Assembly: GCA_963740355.1 (NCBI GenBank)
Contig: CAVUDW010000002.1
Coordinates: 1,984,001-2,048,000, forward strand
From: an uncultured Gemmatimonadaceae bacterium
Lineage (GTDB): Bacteria; Gemmatimonadota; Gemmatimonadetes; Gemmatimonadales; Gemmatimonadaceae
Direction: 5' to 3'
Length of the DNA: 64,000 bases
Every line of letters starts with the position of its first letter. Positions within the stretch are counted from its first letter, which is position 1. Below the pieces are notes generated by a model, which saw only the letters and a list, made by a program, of their open reading frames with translations, was not told the origin of the DNA and ran no database searches. Below are positions 1 to 10,294 of this stretch, piece after piece. Made by a program: the position numbers and the translations under genes.

Positions 1-112
1 GCGCCTTCGCGGTGCCGCCGGTCGAGATCAACTCCCAATGCCGCGCGATCAGCTCGCGCGCAAAGTCCACCAGTCCAGCCTTGTCAGAAACGCTCAGCAA
101 TGCGCGCGGCAT
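1..112 (-). CDS. purH: Bifunctional AICAR transformylase/IMP cyclohydrolase, N-terminus (runs off the window)
   Basis: Manual translation from ATG at 112 gives [37 protein letters not shown], the PurH N-terminal signature; lies downstream of purN. Confidence 0.93.
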   Translation of the reverse strand, partial: MPRALLSVSDKAGLVDFARELIARHWELISTGGTAKA

Positions 113-193
113 ATCGGTCAGTTCAGTAAGAGTTCAACGAGAGTTCTACAGCACATCGAGATCGACTGCGTCACTAGCGAGCGTTCCGTGTTT

Positions 194-416
194 GTTCAGC
201 ATCGCAACTGCAATGGGGGGGAGGCCACGGAGCTCACGGAGTGCGTCGAGAGCCACCAGCGGTGCTGCGCCACCATCGAAACTTCTTGAGAACTGCAGTT
301 CCAAAAATTACCAATCGTTCGCGAAGCACCGAAGGTTGCCACTGGAGCACTCCGTGAGCTCCGTGGCCTCCCCCCCGTTTGCAGTTAAGCAGAGCCCGCA
401 AAAAGGGAAAGCTCGC
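194..416. repeat. Family A inverted-repeat doublet (REPIN/MITE-like element)
   Basis: GGGGGGGAGGCCACGGAGCTCACGGAGTGC at 215-244 and its exact reverse complement at 347-376; spacer and flanks homologous to 5859-6310. Confidence 0.92.
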
Positions 417-1124
417 TCAACTCGACAAAGCATGATCGAGATCCGCCGCCAACGACGACCCGGTCATCAACGAAAAGACATCCGCCTGCGCCCCAGTCAG
501 AAACGCACCGTGCACCGTGCCGTCATCATCCAGCGCCAGCGATTCGCCGCACAACAACTCGACGACACGCGGCAGCAGCGCGTGCTCGACCCGAAGCACA
601 CGCGACGCGAGATCCTCAGGCGAGTCTTCCTCGAACACCGGCACCGGCCACTGCGCGATGATGGCGCCGCGGTCGTAGACCTCGTCGACGAAATGCACCG
701 TCGCGCCGCTGATGCGGGCACCGGCGGCGAGGACGGCGGCGTGGACGCGCTTGCCGTACATGCCGGGGCCGCCGAAGGCAGGCAGCAGGGAAGGGTGCAC
801 GTTCACGATCTTGCCGCGATAGGCGCGCGTGACCTGCGACGGCACCAGCGCTAGGTAGCCGGCCAGCACCAGCACTTCGATCTTGTGCTCCGTGAGCAAC
901 GCCAGCAGCGCGTCACCGTCTTTCGGTTGATCGAGCACGACTGACGGAATGCCACGCTCGGATGCGCGGGTCAGCGCCGCGCAGGCTGGCTTGTTCGAGA
1001 CCACCAGCACCACCTGTCCGGCGGCGGCCTCACCGCGGGTGGCCTGGAAGTCGTGTACGGCGACGAAGTTCGACCCACCACCCGAGACGAAGGCTGCGAT
1101 GCGGGTGCGGGGTTGCGTGGGCAT
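417..1124 (-). CDS. purN: Phosphoribosylglycinamide formyltransferase
   Basis: SGGGSN, IVNVHPSLLP and GATVHFV motifs; adjacent to purH. Confidence 0.95.
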   Translation of the reverse strand: MPTQPRTRIAAFVSGGGSNFVAVHDFQATRGEAAAGQVVLVVSNKPACAALTRASERGIPSVVLDQPKDGDALLALLTEHKIEVLVLAGYLALVPSQVTRAYRGKIVNVHPSLLPAFGGPGMYGKRVHAAVLAAGARISGATVHFVDEVYDRGAIIAQWPVPVFEEDSPEDLASRVLRVEHALLPRVVELLCGESLALDDDGTVHGAFLTGAQADVFSLMTGSSLAADLDHALSS

Positions 1125-1136
1125 CGTGGCGAACGG

Positions 1137-1697
1137 TTAGGGGCGCTGCGCGAGCATGCGCAACACACGATCCACCGCCGCACCCAACGTCGTCGCAACC
1201 ACCGCGTCGTCCTTGGCTTTCGACAGGTCGCTGAACGACGTGTCGGGGTTCGGCACCAGGATGCCCATCGCGTTGTGGGTCACCGCCGGTGCCACGTCGC
1301 GCCACTTGTCGCCGATGAAGAACGACTTCTTCAGGTCGATGTCGTGCTCCGCTGCGGCGCGCAGGTGCATCTTGTCGCCTGGCTTGCGGCACGACATCGC
1401 CTCCGGCACGTCCGGCGCGTCGGGGCAGTGATAGCTGGCCAGCAGCGTGATCCCTTCCGCAGCAAGCATCTCATCCAGTCGCGCCTTGATCACCGCGTAC
1501 TGCGCTTCATCGAAATATCCGCGACCGATACCCGACTGGTTCGTGATCACGATCAGTGGCAGTCCCGCTGCCGACAGGCGCGCCAGCGCTTCGGTCGCGC
1601 CCGCAATCAGCTTCAGCTGGTCGGGATGGGCGAGATAGTTCACATCCTGGATGATCGTGCCATCACGATCGAGGAAGACCGCTGCGCGAGAAGTCAC
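1137..1697 (-). CDS. gmhB: D-glycero-D-manno-heptose-1,7-bisphosphate phosphatase-like HAD hydrolase
   Basis: FLDRDGTI, TNQSGIGRG, CRKP and IGDK motifs. Confidence 0.85.
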   Translation of the reverse strand: MTSRAAVFLDRDGTIIQDVNYLAHPDQLKLIAGATEALARLSAAGLPLIVITNQSGIGRGYFDEAQYAVIKARLDEMLAAEGITLLASYHCPDAPDVPEAMSCRKPGDKMHLRAAAEHDIDLKKSFFIGDKWRDVAPAVTHNAMGILVPNPDTSFSDLSKAKDDAVVATTLGAAVDRVLRMLAQRP

Positions 1698-2941
1698 GGG
1701 ACCTTCGGTGGAATTGGGCGCACGGTCGAGTCGCGCGGATTGCGCGCGCCAGGTGGCCCGGGCGCCTTGGTGCTGTCGATCGGCGTCGGCTTCGGCACGA
1801 TCAAGAGGCGAGTCGTCGTGCCTTCGATGTTGAGCAGGTTGCGCAGGCCGGTGAGCGTGACACGATAGGTCGCACCCGGCTTCACCGGCGCAGCCATCTT
1901 GATCGCCAGCTCGGTGGTCGGCTTGGCGCGCTTCATCTCTGGCGGCGGCAGCGTGGGCACGGTGTCGCGACGACGGGTCGGGTCGATGGTGCGACGCGGG
2001 GGACCCGCAGGCTCCACGGCACGTGCGGTAGTGTCCTTCGATCGTGCGATGCTGTCAGCCTTCGCACGCTCCGCCTGCTCTTCGAGTGCGGTCAAGACGC
2101 TCACCACATTCAGCACAGTCGAGTCGGTGGTGACGACACGTGCTACCGTCGCCGGGATCGCAACGCCAGGCTTGAGCGGCTTGTCCATCACGATCGCGAT
2201 GGTCACACTGTCGCTCAACCGGATCTCGCTGATCCTCGGCGGTAGCGTATCGTGCACATACATGTAGAGATCGGCGCGCGCCGAGTCGGTGAGTGTGACA
2301 CGAACCGTGTCCCAGGGCTCACGTGGCTCGAGGATGCGGTTGGCCGATTTCTCGTCGATTGCGCGCACCAGGTATTCACCCGGCGGCACGGTGGTCAATT
2401 CATACCGGCCAGTCGAGTCGGCGACCGTGATGAAGAAGAGCGTCGAGTCTTTCGCATCGATCGCTTGAATCGTCGCCTTCGGCAACGCGCGACCGCCCAC
2501 CCAATCGAAGGCGACACCGCGAATGGCCGTATTCGGAATCGTCGGCCCGGTGCTGAAGCGCAGCACGTACCCGGTCGGAATCGGACGGCTCTTGAGGTCG
2601 CCGATGCCAGGCAAGATCGTGATCGTGTAGGCGGTGTTCGTGCGCCAGAGGCCGTGCGGACGGATCGTCATGCCGGTGCGACGCCACTCCACCCGTGGCT
2701 CACCGTCCCATGGCGAGATGAGCACACTCTTCGACAGGTCGCCGCCGTTCGCCTGCTCGGCGATCACATCGTCGTAGCGCACCAACACCTTGTTCGGGCG
2801 CACGTTGACGGCGTTGCTGTCGGGCAGCGTCACGATCACACGCGGGAACGCCGAAACCGTCGGTCCACCCGGCGGCATCCCCGGCGAGGCACAGGCCGCC
2901 GCGAGGGCAATCACCGCCGTGATGGTCAGCGCGTGCCGCAC
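1694..2941 (-). CDS. Lipoprotein with Ig-like (Big_5-type) domain
   Basis: Lipobox LAAAC followed by ASPGMPPGGP; beta-rich body; overlaps valS stop and gmhB start. Confidence 0.7.
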   Translation of the reverse strand: MRHALTITAVIALAAACASPGMPPGGPTVSAFPRVIVTLPDSNAVNVRPNKVLVRYDDVIAEQANGGDLSKSVLISPWDGEPRVEWRRTGMTIRPHGLWRTNTAYTITILPGIGDLKSRPIPTGYVLRFSTGPTIPNTAIRGVAFDWVGGRALPKATIQAIDAKDSTLFFITVADSTGRYELTTVPPGEYLVRAIDEKSANRILEPREPWDTVRVTLTDSARADLYMYVHDTLPPRISEIRLSDSVTIAIVMDKPLKPGVAIPATVARVVTTDSTVLNVVSVLTALEEQAERAKADSIARSKDTTARAVEPAGPPRRTIDPTRRRDTVPTLPPPEMKRAKPTTELAIKMAAPVKPGATYRVTLTGLRNLLNIEGTTTRLLIVPKPTPIDSTKAPGPPGARNPRDSTVRPIPPKVP

Positions 2942-5769
2942 AGTGCCTCGACCTTCCGTGTCAGCGCGTCAACCTTCTGCGAGAGGTCACGTTCCTGCGC
3001 TCGCGCCCCTTCCACCACTTCCGGCTTGGCGCGCGAGGTGAACGACTCGTTGCCCAGCTTCGACTGCACGCCGGCAAGGATCTTCTGGGTCTGCTCGAGT
3101 TCAGCCTTGAGGCGAGCACACTCCTTGGCCGTGTCTTCCGCTGACTCGGTGCCCATCAGCTGCGAGAGCGCGATGATCACTTCCGAGCCACCGGTCAACA
3201 CCATCTGCGCGGAATTCGCGTGCGCTGCCTTCGCGGCGTCACTGTGGGCCGGCGCGACCTGCACGGTGGTACGCGTCAGCGCACCGATGGTCGTCGCCAG
3301 TGTTGCGGCGCTGGTCGCATCGGCGGTTGACGGCACCAGCGTGGCTTCCACCATCTGGCCGGGCTTCACCTTGTATTCGTTGCGGATCTGACGGATCGCC
3401 ACCACCGAGTTGCGCACCAGCTCGAATGCCTCGCCACCATTCAATGGCGTCGATCGCACCTTCGGCCAGCTCGAGGTGGTGAGGAAATCCGTACCACGCG
3501 CCGATGCATCACTCAACGCCGGCAACTTCGCCCACAACGTTTCGCTGATGAACGGAATGATCGGCTGCAGCAGGCGCAACGCATTGTCGAAGGTGTGCAC
3601 CAGGACCGCACGCGCCACTTCGGCATCGTCACCACCGGCCGCGAGGCGCGGCTTCACCGTTTCGAGATACCAGTCGGCCAGCTCGTTCCACACGAAGCGA
3701 CGCGCGGTGTCGGAATAGGCATCCAGACGCATCCCCGCAGTGCGCTCAGCTTCGGTCCAATGTCCGCTGGCGCCAGGGCGCACCGGGCCGAGTGCGGCGT
3801 TCGATTCCTCGATCGCCACATCCAGTCGATCGAGGATCCAGCGGTCCGCAATCGTCAGTGCTTCGGGATCGATAACCGACAACGGCTGCACCGGCTCCGT
3901 GCCCACCTTGGTCAGCAGGAAGCGACCGATGTTCCAGAGCTTGGTGAGGAAGTTGCGGCCCGGGGCGAAGCTCTTTTCGAGGTCCGTCGGATCGAGCAAC
4001 ACATCCACGCCAAGGCCCATGCCAGCGATCATCGTCCAGCGCAACGAATCGGCACCGTAGAGCTGCACCACGTCCATCGGATCGATGCCATTGCCCAGCG
4101 ACTTCGACATCTTGCGATGCTGCATGTCGCGCACCGTGCCGTGCAGGTACACGGTGTGATACGGCGCATCGCCCATGAAGTAGAAGCCCGACATGATCAT
4201 GCGTGACACCCAGAAGAACAGGATCTCCGGGGCCGTCACCAGCACATCGCCAGGGTAGAACGCCTTCAGGTCTTCAGACTTCGTGTTCGGCCAGCCGAGT
4301 GTCGAGATCGGCCAGAGCCAGCTCGAGAACCATGTGTCGAGCACATCTTCGTCCTGGCGGAGCGGGGCAGAGCATTCACTGCAGGTCGTGATCGGTGTAC
4401 GCGATGCCTTCGGCGCGGTGCCGCAGCTGTCGCAGTAGTACACCGGCACCCGATGGCCCCACCACAACTGGCGTGAGATGTTCCAATCGCGAATCCCTTC
4501 CAGCCAGTTGATGTAGACCGCTTCCCATCGTTCCGGCATGATGCGAATGCGACCGGTGCGCACGGCTTCGAGGGCCGGCTTGGCCAGCGGCGCCATCTTC
4601 ACGAACCACTGATCACTGAGGCGCGGCTCCACCACCGTGTCGCAGCGATAGCAGTGACGCACCGAATGTTGATGCGGCTCCACCTTCACCAGCGCGCCGG
4701 TATCGCGCAGCATGTTCACGATGCGCTCGCGGGCCTCGAAGCGATCGACGCCACGCAATTCGGGCGGCACACGATCCACCGAATCGCCGATGCCATTCAA
4801 CCGGGCTTCGGCGTCCATGATCACTGGCTGTGCCAGGCCATGTCGCATGCCCACTTCGAAGTCGTTCGGGTCGTGGGCAGGCGTGATCTTCACCGCACCG
4901 GTGCCGAAGGCGGCATCGGTGTAGTCATCAGCGATCACGGGAATGCGCACGCCGTTGATCGGCAGCACCAGTTCCTTGCCGAGCAGTGCGGTGTAGCGCT
5001 CGTCGGTCGGATTGACGGCCACTGCCACATCGCCAAGCAGCGTTTCCGGACGCGTCGTCGCCACCACGATGCTCTGTGACGGATCGTCGGCGAGGCGGTA
5101 GCGGATGTGGTACATGGCGCCCTGCGTGTCGTTGAACTCCGCCTCTTCGTCGGAGAGCGACGTCATGCAGCGCGGGCACCAGTGAATCACGCGGTGACCG
5201 CGATAGACCAGGCCATCCTCGAACAGGCGCACGAACGCTTCCGTCACCGCTTCCGACAGCTGGGGCGTGAGGGTGTAGGCCGTGCGTGACCAGTCGGCGC
5301 TGGCACCGATCGACTTCAGCTGCTGCAGGATCTGGCCGCCGGTCTTCTCCACGAACTCCGCGGTGCGGGCCACGAAGGCCTCGCGGCCCAGTTCACCACG
5401 AGACGTGCCTTCGGCGGCCAGCTGCTTCTCGACCACATTCTGGGTCGCGATGCCCGCGTGGTCGGTACCCGGCACCCAGAGCGCCTCGTCGCCTGCCATG
5501 CGGCGCCAGCGGATCAGGACATCCTGCACCGTGTTGTTCAGCCCATGGCCCACGTGCAGGATCGCGGTCACGTTCGGCGGCGGCATCACGATCGTGTACG
5601 GCTGTCGATCGCCCCCGGTCCGGTTCACCCGGGCCGCACTCGCCACATCCGTCCCGGCCGCCTGCCAGCGCGCATACAGCGCCGACTCGACATCCGCGGC
5701 GCGGTATGTGGTCGGCAGTTCATCCGGCGCCGGGCTCGGCGCGGGGCTCATTGGCAGTCCGTCGGTCAT
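2926..5769 (-). CDS. valS: Valine--tRNA ligase (start approximate; ATGs at 5775, 5769 and 5751)
   Basis: PPPNVT..LHVGH, DWNISRQLWWGH and KMSKS motifs, C-terminal coiled coil. Confidence 0.96.
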   Translation of the reverse strand: MTDGLPMSPAPSPAPDELPTTYRAADVESALYARWQAAGTDVASAARVNRTGGDRQPYTIVMPPPNVTAILHVGHGLNNTVQDVLIRWRRMAGDEALWVPGTDHAGIATQNVVEKQLAAEGTSRGELGREAFVARTAEFVEKTGGQILQQLKSIGASADWSRTAYTLTPQLSEAVTEAFVRLFEDGLVYRGHRVIHWCPRCMTSLSDEEAEFNDTQGAMYHIRYRLADDPSQSIVVATTRPETLLGDVAVAVNPTDERYTALLGKELVLPINGVRIPVIADDYTDAAFGTGAVKITPAHDPNDFEVGMRHGLAQPVIMDAEARLNGIGDSVDRVPPELRGVDRFEARERIVNMLRDTGALVKVEPHQHSVRHCYRCDTVVEPRLSDQWFVKMAPLAKPALEAVRTGRIRIMPERWEAVYINWLEGIRDWNISRQLWWGHRVPVYYCDSCGTAPKASRTPITTCSECSAPLRQDEDVLDTWFSSWLWPISTLGWPNTKSEDLKAFYPGDVLVTAPEILFFWVSRMIMSGFYFMGDAPYHTVYLHGTVRDMQHRKMSKSLGNGIDPMDVVQLYGADSLRWTMIAGMGLGVDVLLDPTDLEKSFAPGRNFLTKLWNIGRFLLTKVGTEPVQPLSVIDPEALTIADRWILDRLDVAIEESNAALGPVRPGASGHWTEAERTAGMRLDAYSDTARRFVWNELADWYLETVKPRLAAGGDDAEVARAVLVHTFDNALRLLQPIIPFISETLWAKLPALSDASARGTDFLTTSSWPKVRSTPLNGGEAFELVRNSVVAIRQIRNEYKVKPGQMVEATLVPSTADATSAATLATTIGALTRTTVQVAPAHSDAAKAAHANSAQMVLTGGSEVIIALSQLMGTESAEDTAKECARLKAELEQTQKILAGVQSKLGNESFTSRAKPEVVEGARAQERDLSQKVDALTRKVEALCGTR

Positions 5770-5858
5770 GGTCATGGGAATCCAAAACGTAACGACATCG
5801 GAGCGGTCTGGCCGGGCCGATGGCACCGATTCGAGCCCAGAATCAGCGGTCGGTGGCA

Positions 5859-6310
5859 GTTCAGCATCGCTAACCGCAATGAGGGGGAGGCCACGGAGCT
5901 CACGGAGTGCGTCGAGGGCCACCGATCGTGATCCGCCACCCTAGTAAAAAGCAAATGAGGGGGAGGCCACGGAGCTCACGGAGTGCGTCGAGGGCCACCG
6001 ATCGTGATCCGCCACCCTAGTAAACAGCAAATGGGGGGGAGGCCACGGAGCTCACGGAGTGCTTCGAGGGCCACCTGAGGTGCTACGCCACCATCGCATT
6101 GCTTGAGAACTGCTGAACCCAAATCACCATTCGTTCGCGAAGCGCCGAGGGTTGCAAATGGAGCACTCCGTGAGCTCCGTGGCCTCCCCCCCAATTGCAG
6201 TTGAAGAAGGAAGCGAAACACCGCCGGTTGCCATTGGAGCACTCCGTGAGCTCCGTGGCCTCCCCTCCATTGCAGTTCAGGAAGGCCCGCGAAAAGCGAC
6301 CGCTCGCTAA
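5859..6310. repeat. Expanded family A element: 3 direct copies (76-bp period) plus 2 inverted copies (76-bp period)
   Basis: Direct units start at 5878, 5954 and 6030; inverted GGAGCACTCCGTGAGCTCCGTGGCCTCCCC at 6160 and 6236. Confidence 0.93.
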
Positions 6311-6342
6311 AGGCGCCCTCAGTCAGCTCCGTCGTGGCGAAA

Positions 6343-6804
6343 TCAGGCCGCGCCCTTGACGAGGAGGCGGTTGACGACGGTGTGGACACCGATCGTGCCG
6401 CGGGTCAGGGTCGTCGCGTGGCGGACTTCTTCCGGGGCGTCGACCCAGCCGGTGAGCTCGATGATGCCGGTGCCGATGGCGCCGATGTCGATGGGACGAT
6501 CGACCAGAATCGGGTCGTTGCGGAAGGTCTCGAGCACACGCGCCTCCAGCTCCGCTTCGTCATCGATCGGACGACGCGGTGCACGTTCCGTCTTGAGCGG
6601 GCGCAGCGTGGCGTCGGGTCGGGTGCGACGCGGCGCAGGTTCGGGCGTCTCTCCGCTCGACACGCGGCGGCGCAAGCCGGCCAGCATACCGCGATCAGCC
6701 AGCAGGACGCCTACGGCCACGCCGGCGAGCGCGCCGAACAACACGGCACCCATCTTGTTCCCGGTGCCTGATTCCGATCGGTTCCGACGGCGCATCACTC
6801 GCAT
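6343..6804 (-). CDS. BON-domain membrane protein
   Basis: N-terminal Gly-rich TM segment; C-terminal IELTGWV...GVHTVVNRLLV typical of BON. Confidence 0.75.
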   Translation of the reverse strand: MRVMRRRNRSESGTGNKMGAVLFGALAGVAVGVLLADRGMLAGLRRRVSSGETPEPAPRRTRPDATLRPLKTERAPRRPIDDEAELEARVLETFRNDPILVDRPIDIGAIGTGIIELTGWVDAPEEVRHATTLTRGTIGVHTVVNRLLVKGAA

Positions 6805-6961
6805 TGTGCTGTTTCGAAGAAAGTTGGCGATGAGTTAATATACGTGACCTGATACTTCCGAGCGACGTGCACGATGTGCGCCGCCGGCTTCGTGACCGTG
6901 AAGCGCAGCACTGGTCGGCCGGATCCTGCGGCTGCGTGCGCTTCGCCGCGCCCCCGATGAC

Positions 6962-8932
6962 ATGCCTGAGAACGCGTCCGCTCCGCTCCGCCTGACCCTT
7001 CCTGATGGCGCCGTTCGCGAGGTGCCGGCCGGCACGCTCGCGAGCGAGGTCGTCGCCAGCATCGGCGAGCGCCTGTTGAACGCCGCCGTCGCCGTGAGCG
7101 TGGACGGGGCGGTGCAGGACCTGCGCACTCCCCTCCGCGCCAGCGGTGCCTTCCGCGTCTACACCGACAAGGATGCGGAGTCGCTGCCAGTTCTCCGACA
7201 CTCGGCCGCCCACATCCTGGCCACCGCCGTGCGGCGACTGCGGCCCGACGCCCACATCGGCTTCGGGCCCGCCATCGACGACGGTTTCTACTACGACTTC
7301 GAGGTCGCGACACCATTTACCCCCGATGATCTCGCCGCGTTCGAAGCCGAGATGCGGAAGGTGATGGCGGAGAAGCTGCCGTTCGTGCGGGCGGAGGTCG
7401 GTCGTGACGAAGCGAAGGTGATTTTCGCCGATGATCCGCTGAAGCTGGAGCGCATCGACGACCTTGGACCGGACGAGATCATCTCGACCTACACCGATGG
7501 GCCGTTCACCGATCTCTGTCGCGGTCCGCACGTGCCGCACACCGGCTGGTTGAAGCACTTCAAGCTGCAGAGTGTGGCGGCCGCGTACTGGCGTGGTGAC
7601 TCCAATCGCCAGACGCTGCAGCGCATCTATGGCACGGCCTTCTGGAAGAAGGATGAGCTCGAGCAGCACCTGCACCGGATCGAGGAGGCGAAAAAGCGCG
7701 ATCACCGCCGTCTCGGTAAGGAGCTGGATCTGTTCATGTTCCATCCCTTCTCGCCAGGCGCTGCGTTCTGGACCGAACGTGGCACATCCATGATCAACTC
7801 GTTACACGCCTACCTGCGCGAGATGCAGCGCGACGGGTACCAGGAGATCAAGACGCCGCTCCTCTTCAACAAGGGGCTGTGGGAGATCTCCGGGCACTGG
7901 GGCAAGTACCGCGAGAACATGTTCCTCGTGCTCGACAATGAGACAGGTGAGCATGATCTGTCGTTGAAGCCAATGAACTGCCCGTCGCACCACATCTTCT
8001 TCGGTTCGAAGAAGCATTCGTACCGCGACCTCCCGCTGCGTTTCAACACGTATGATGTGTTGCATCGCAACGAGTTGTCCGGGGCGTTGTCAGGTCTGAC
8101 GCGTGTGCGGCAGTTCCAGCAGGACGATTGTCACATCTACCTGATGGAATCGCAGATCGTCGACGAGGTGCATCGCCTGGTGGAGATGATCCTTGGCTAT
8201 TACCGCACGTTCGGGCTCACGGCGCGACTGAAGTTCGCGACGCGCCCGGAGCAGCGGATCGGCACCGACGAGATGTGGGACAATGCAGAATCGGCGTTGC
8301 GCGGTGCTCTCGAGAGCACCGGGCTCCCGTATGAACTGAAGGTCGGCGACGGTGCGTTCTACGGGCCGAAGATCGACTTCGACGTGATGGACTCGATCGG
8401 GCGGGCGTGGCAGCTGGGCACCATCCAGCTCGACTACGCCGCACCGGAGCGGTTCGACCTCACCTACACCGGCGAGGACAACACCGCCCACCGGCCGGTG
8501 GTGATCCACCGGGCGATCAGCGGGTCGTTCGAGCGGTTCATGGGGATCCTGATCGAACACTTCGCCGGCGCCTTCCCGGTCTGGCTGGCGCCGGAGCAGG
8601 TCCGGGTGGTGCCGATCGTGGACGACTATGCGAGTGAAGCGCGGGCGGCGGTGGCTCGTCTGAGGGATGCGGGGATCCGGGCGACCTGCGACGACCGGAA
8701 CGAAACGCTCAATTACCGGATTCGCGAAAGCGAGCTCATGAAGGTTCCGTACACCTGCGTGGTCGGGAAGCGGGAAGCGGAGAATGGGACGCTGGCGGTC
8801 CGGGCACGGGGCGCGGACGGCAAGAAGCAGGAGGTGTTGTCGGTTGACGATTTCCTCGCGCGCATCCTCGATGAGGTGCGGACGCGGGCCCTACCCGATC
8901 TGGCTGCTGTTCCCGACGCTTCAACCAGCTGA
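6962..8932 (+). CDS. thrS: Threonine--tRNA ligase
   Basis: TGS N-terminus, HSAAH, KPMNCP and GDGAFYGPKIDF motifs. Confidence 0.97.
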   Translation: MPENASAPLRLTLPDGAVREVPAGTLASEVVASIGERLLNAAVAVSVDGAVQDLRTPLRASGAFRVYTDKDAESLPVLRHSAAHILATAVRRLRPDAHIGFGPAIDDGFYYDFEVATPFTPDDLAAFEAEMRKVMAEKLPFVRAEVGRDEAKVIFADDPLKLERIDDLGPDEIISTYTDGPFTDLCRGPHVPHTGWLKHFKLQSVAAAYWRGDSNRQTLQRIYGTAFWKKDELEQHLHRIEEAKKRDHRRLGKELDLFMFHPFSPGAAFWTERGTSMINSLHAYLREMQRDGYQEIKTPLLFNKGLWEISGHWGKYRENMFLVLDNETGEHDLSLKPMNCPSHHIFFGSKKHSYRDLPLRFNTYDVLHRNELSGALSGLTRVRQFQQDDCHIYLMESQIVDEVHRLVEMILGYYRTFGLTARLKFATRPEQRIGTDEMWDNAESALRGALESTGLPYELKVGDGAFYGPKIDFDVMDSIGRAWQLGTIQLDYAAPERFDLTYTGEDNTAHRPVVIHRAISGSFERFMGILIEHFAGAFPVWLAPEQVRVVPIVDDYASEARAAVARLRDAGIRATCDDRNETLNYRIRESELMKVPYTCVVGKREAENGTLAVRARGADGKKQEVLSVDDFLARILDEVRTRALPDLAAVPDASTS

Positions 8933-8935
8933 CGC

Positions 8936-10264
8936 ATGGCAAGTAGTACCCCCTCCACAACGGTCCGGGTCTCCGAACGACTGACGCCCTTGCGCGGTAT
9001 CGCCGCCATCGACGCTCAAGGGTCGGAGATGCCGCTGGACCCGGGGGAGCGGAGAATTTCAGCCTGGTCGCGGTTCTGGCGGGTCACCGACCCGGCGCTC
9101 CGCGACGCGGGGATCAAGGGCGAGCGGACCATTGCGAAGTTCCGGCTGATCGCCTGCCTGTTGCTCTTCGGGCTGCCGGTGCGCGCCGTGATGGTGCACC
9201 CGGAATGGCCGCAGAACTGGGTCGGCCTCTGCATCTCGACGGCCGGTGTCTGCGCGGGAGTGTTCTTCCTCTGGCTGACGCATCGCGATGTCGTGCGCCC
9301 GTGGATCGGCTTCGTGGCCTCGATGCTCGACGCGACCTTCGTCAGTACCGGCCTGGCCGCCTTCGTCGCGCTGGGAGTGCCGCAGATCGCCGTCAATTCG
9401 CATGTGATCTTCGAGGTGTATTTCCTCTGCCTCGCCGTCACCTGCCTGCGCTACGATCGGCGCATCTGTCTCGTGACAGGGCTCACCATCATCATCCAGT
9501 ACGCGCTGATCGTCTGGTGGGCGAGCAAGACGGTGGAGTTCAGCCCGGCGTGGGCCGACAGTGCCTACGGCAAGTTCGACATCCAGGATCAGTGGGGTCG
9601 CATCATCCTGCTGGCCGTCGCGACGGTGGTCAGCCTGACGATCGTGCTGCGCGTGCAGCAGTTGCGTGTGCTGTCGGTGCGCGATCGCCTCACGGGCCTG
9701 ATGATTCGCGGCTACTTCGACGAGCGCCTGAGCGAGGCCTACGATCGGGCGCAACGCTCCGGTGATTCGCTGGCCGTGGCGATGATCGACCTCGATTATT
9801 TCAAGTCCTTCAACGACCGCTTCGGGCACGCGGTTGGCGACCTGGTGCTGGCCTCGGTTTCGCGCGCGATCAAGAAGCTGGTGCGGGCCGAGGATGTGGT
9901 GGGGCGGTATGGGGGCGAGGAGTTGATCGTGATGCTGCCCGGTCTCGATCGGGCCAAGGCGACCGAGCGCATGGAGCGCATCCGCCGCGCGATCAGCCAG
10001 GTGCGGGTCGAGCTGGACACCTCGACGAAGTCCCCAGATCCGGCACAGCCGGAACTGTTCGCCGAAGAGACGACGGAATTCGCACGCAACGTGCTCACGG
10101 CCAGCATCGGCGTCGCGTCCTGGCCCGAGGACCGCGCCGATACGGTCGAAGCGCTGGTCTACCGCGCCGACTCGCGCCTGTTGAGCGCCAAGTCCACGGG
10201 CCGCAACCGCGTCGTGTCCTCGGCTGGCGGCACGGACGAATTCGCGATCCTGACTGCGTCCTGA
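8936..10264 (+). CDS. Membrane-bound diguanylate cyclase (GGDEF domain)
   Basis: Several TM helices, then DRLTGL, DLDYFKSFNDRFGHAVGD and RYGGEE. Confidence 0.9.
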   Translation: MASSTPSTTVRVSERLTPLRGIAAIDAQGSEMPLDPGERRISAWSRFWRVTDPALRDAGIKGERTIAKFRLIACLLLFGLPVRAVMVHPEWPQNWVGLCISTAGVCAGVFFLWLTHRDVVRPWIGFVASMLDATFVSTGLAAFVALGVPQIAVNSHVIFEVYFLCLAVTCLRYDRRICLVTGLTIIIQYALIVWWASKTVEFSPAWADSAYGKFDIQDQWGRIILLAVATVVSLTIVLRVQQLRVLSVRDRLTGLMIRGYFDERLSEAYDRAQRSGDSLAVAMIDLDYFKSFNDRFGHAVGDLVLASVSRAIKKLVRAEDVVGRYGGEELIVMLPGLDRAKATERMERIRRAISQVRVELDTSTKSPDPAQPELFAEETTEFARNVLTASIGVASWPEDRADTVEALVYRADSRLLSAKSTGRNRVVSSAGGTDEFAILTAS

Positions 10265-10294
10265 CGCTCCGCAGTTCGTCGATGCTCCGCCAGT

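Noticed and set aside
5770..5922. N-terminal extension of ValS (MALDALRELRGLP...)
   Set aside because: It is read-through of the family A repeat; the true start is near 5751-5775
5878..6270. CRISPR array (30-bp repeats at a regular 76-bp period)
   Set aside because: The spacers between direct copies are near-identical, two copies are inverted, and no cas genes are in the window
5976..6389. 137-aa ORF and similar repeat-derived ORFs (12-854, 10677-11414, 14669-15133, 42271-42567, 42369-42719)
   Set aside because: They translate the repeats (TELTE, LRELRGLP, PRPPRLRV) or overlap real genes, with no coding evidence
6805..6961. T-box or thrS translational operator (GAAGCGCA..TGCGCTTC stem)
   Set aside because: No T-box consensus and no convincing anticodon-mimic loop; a single GC-rich stem is not enough
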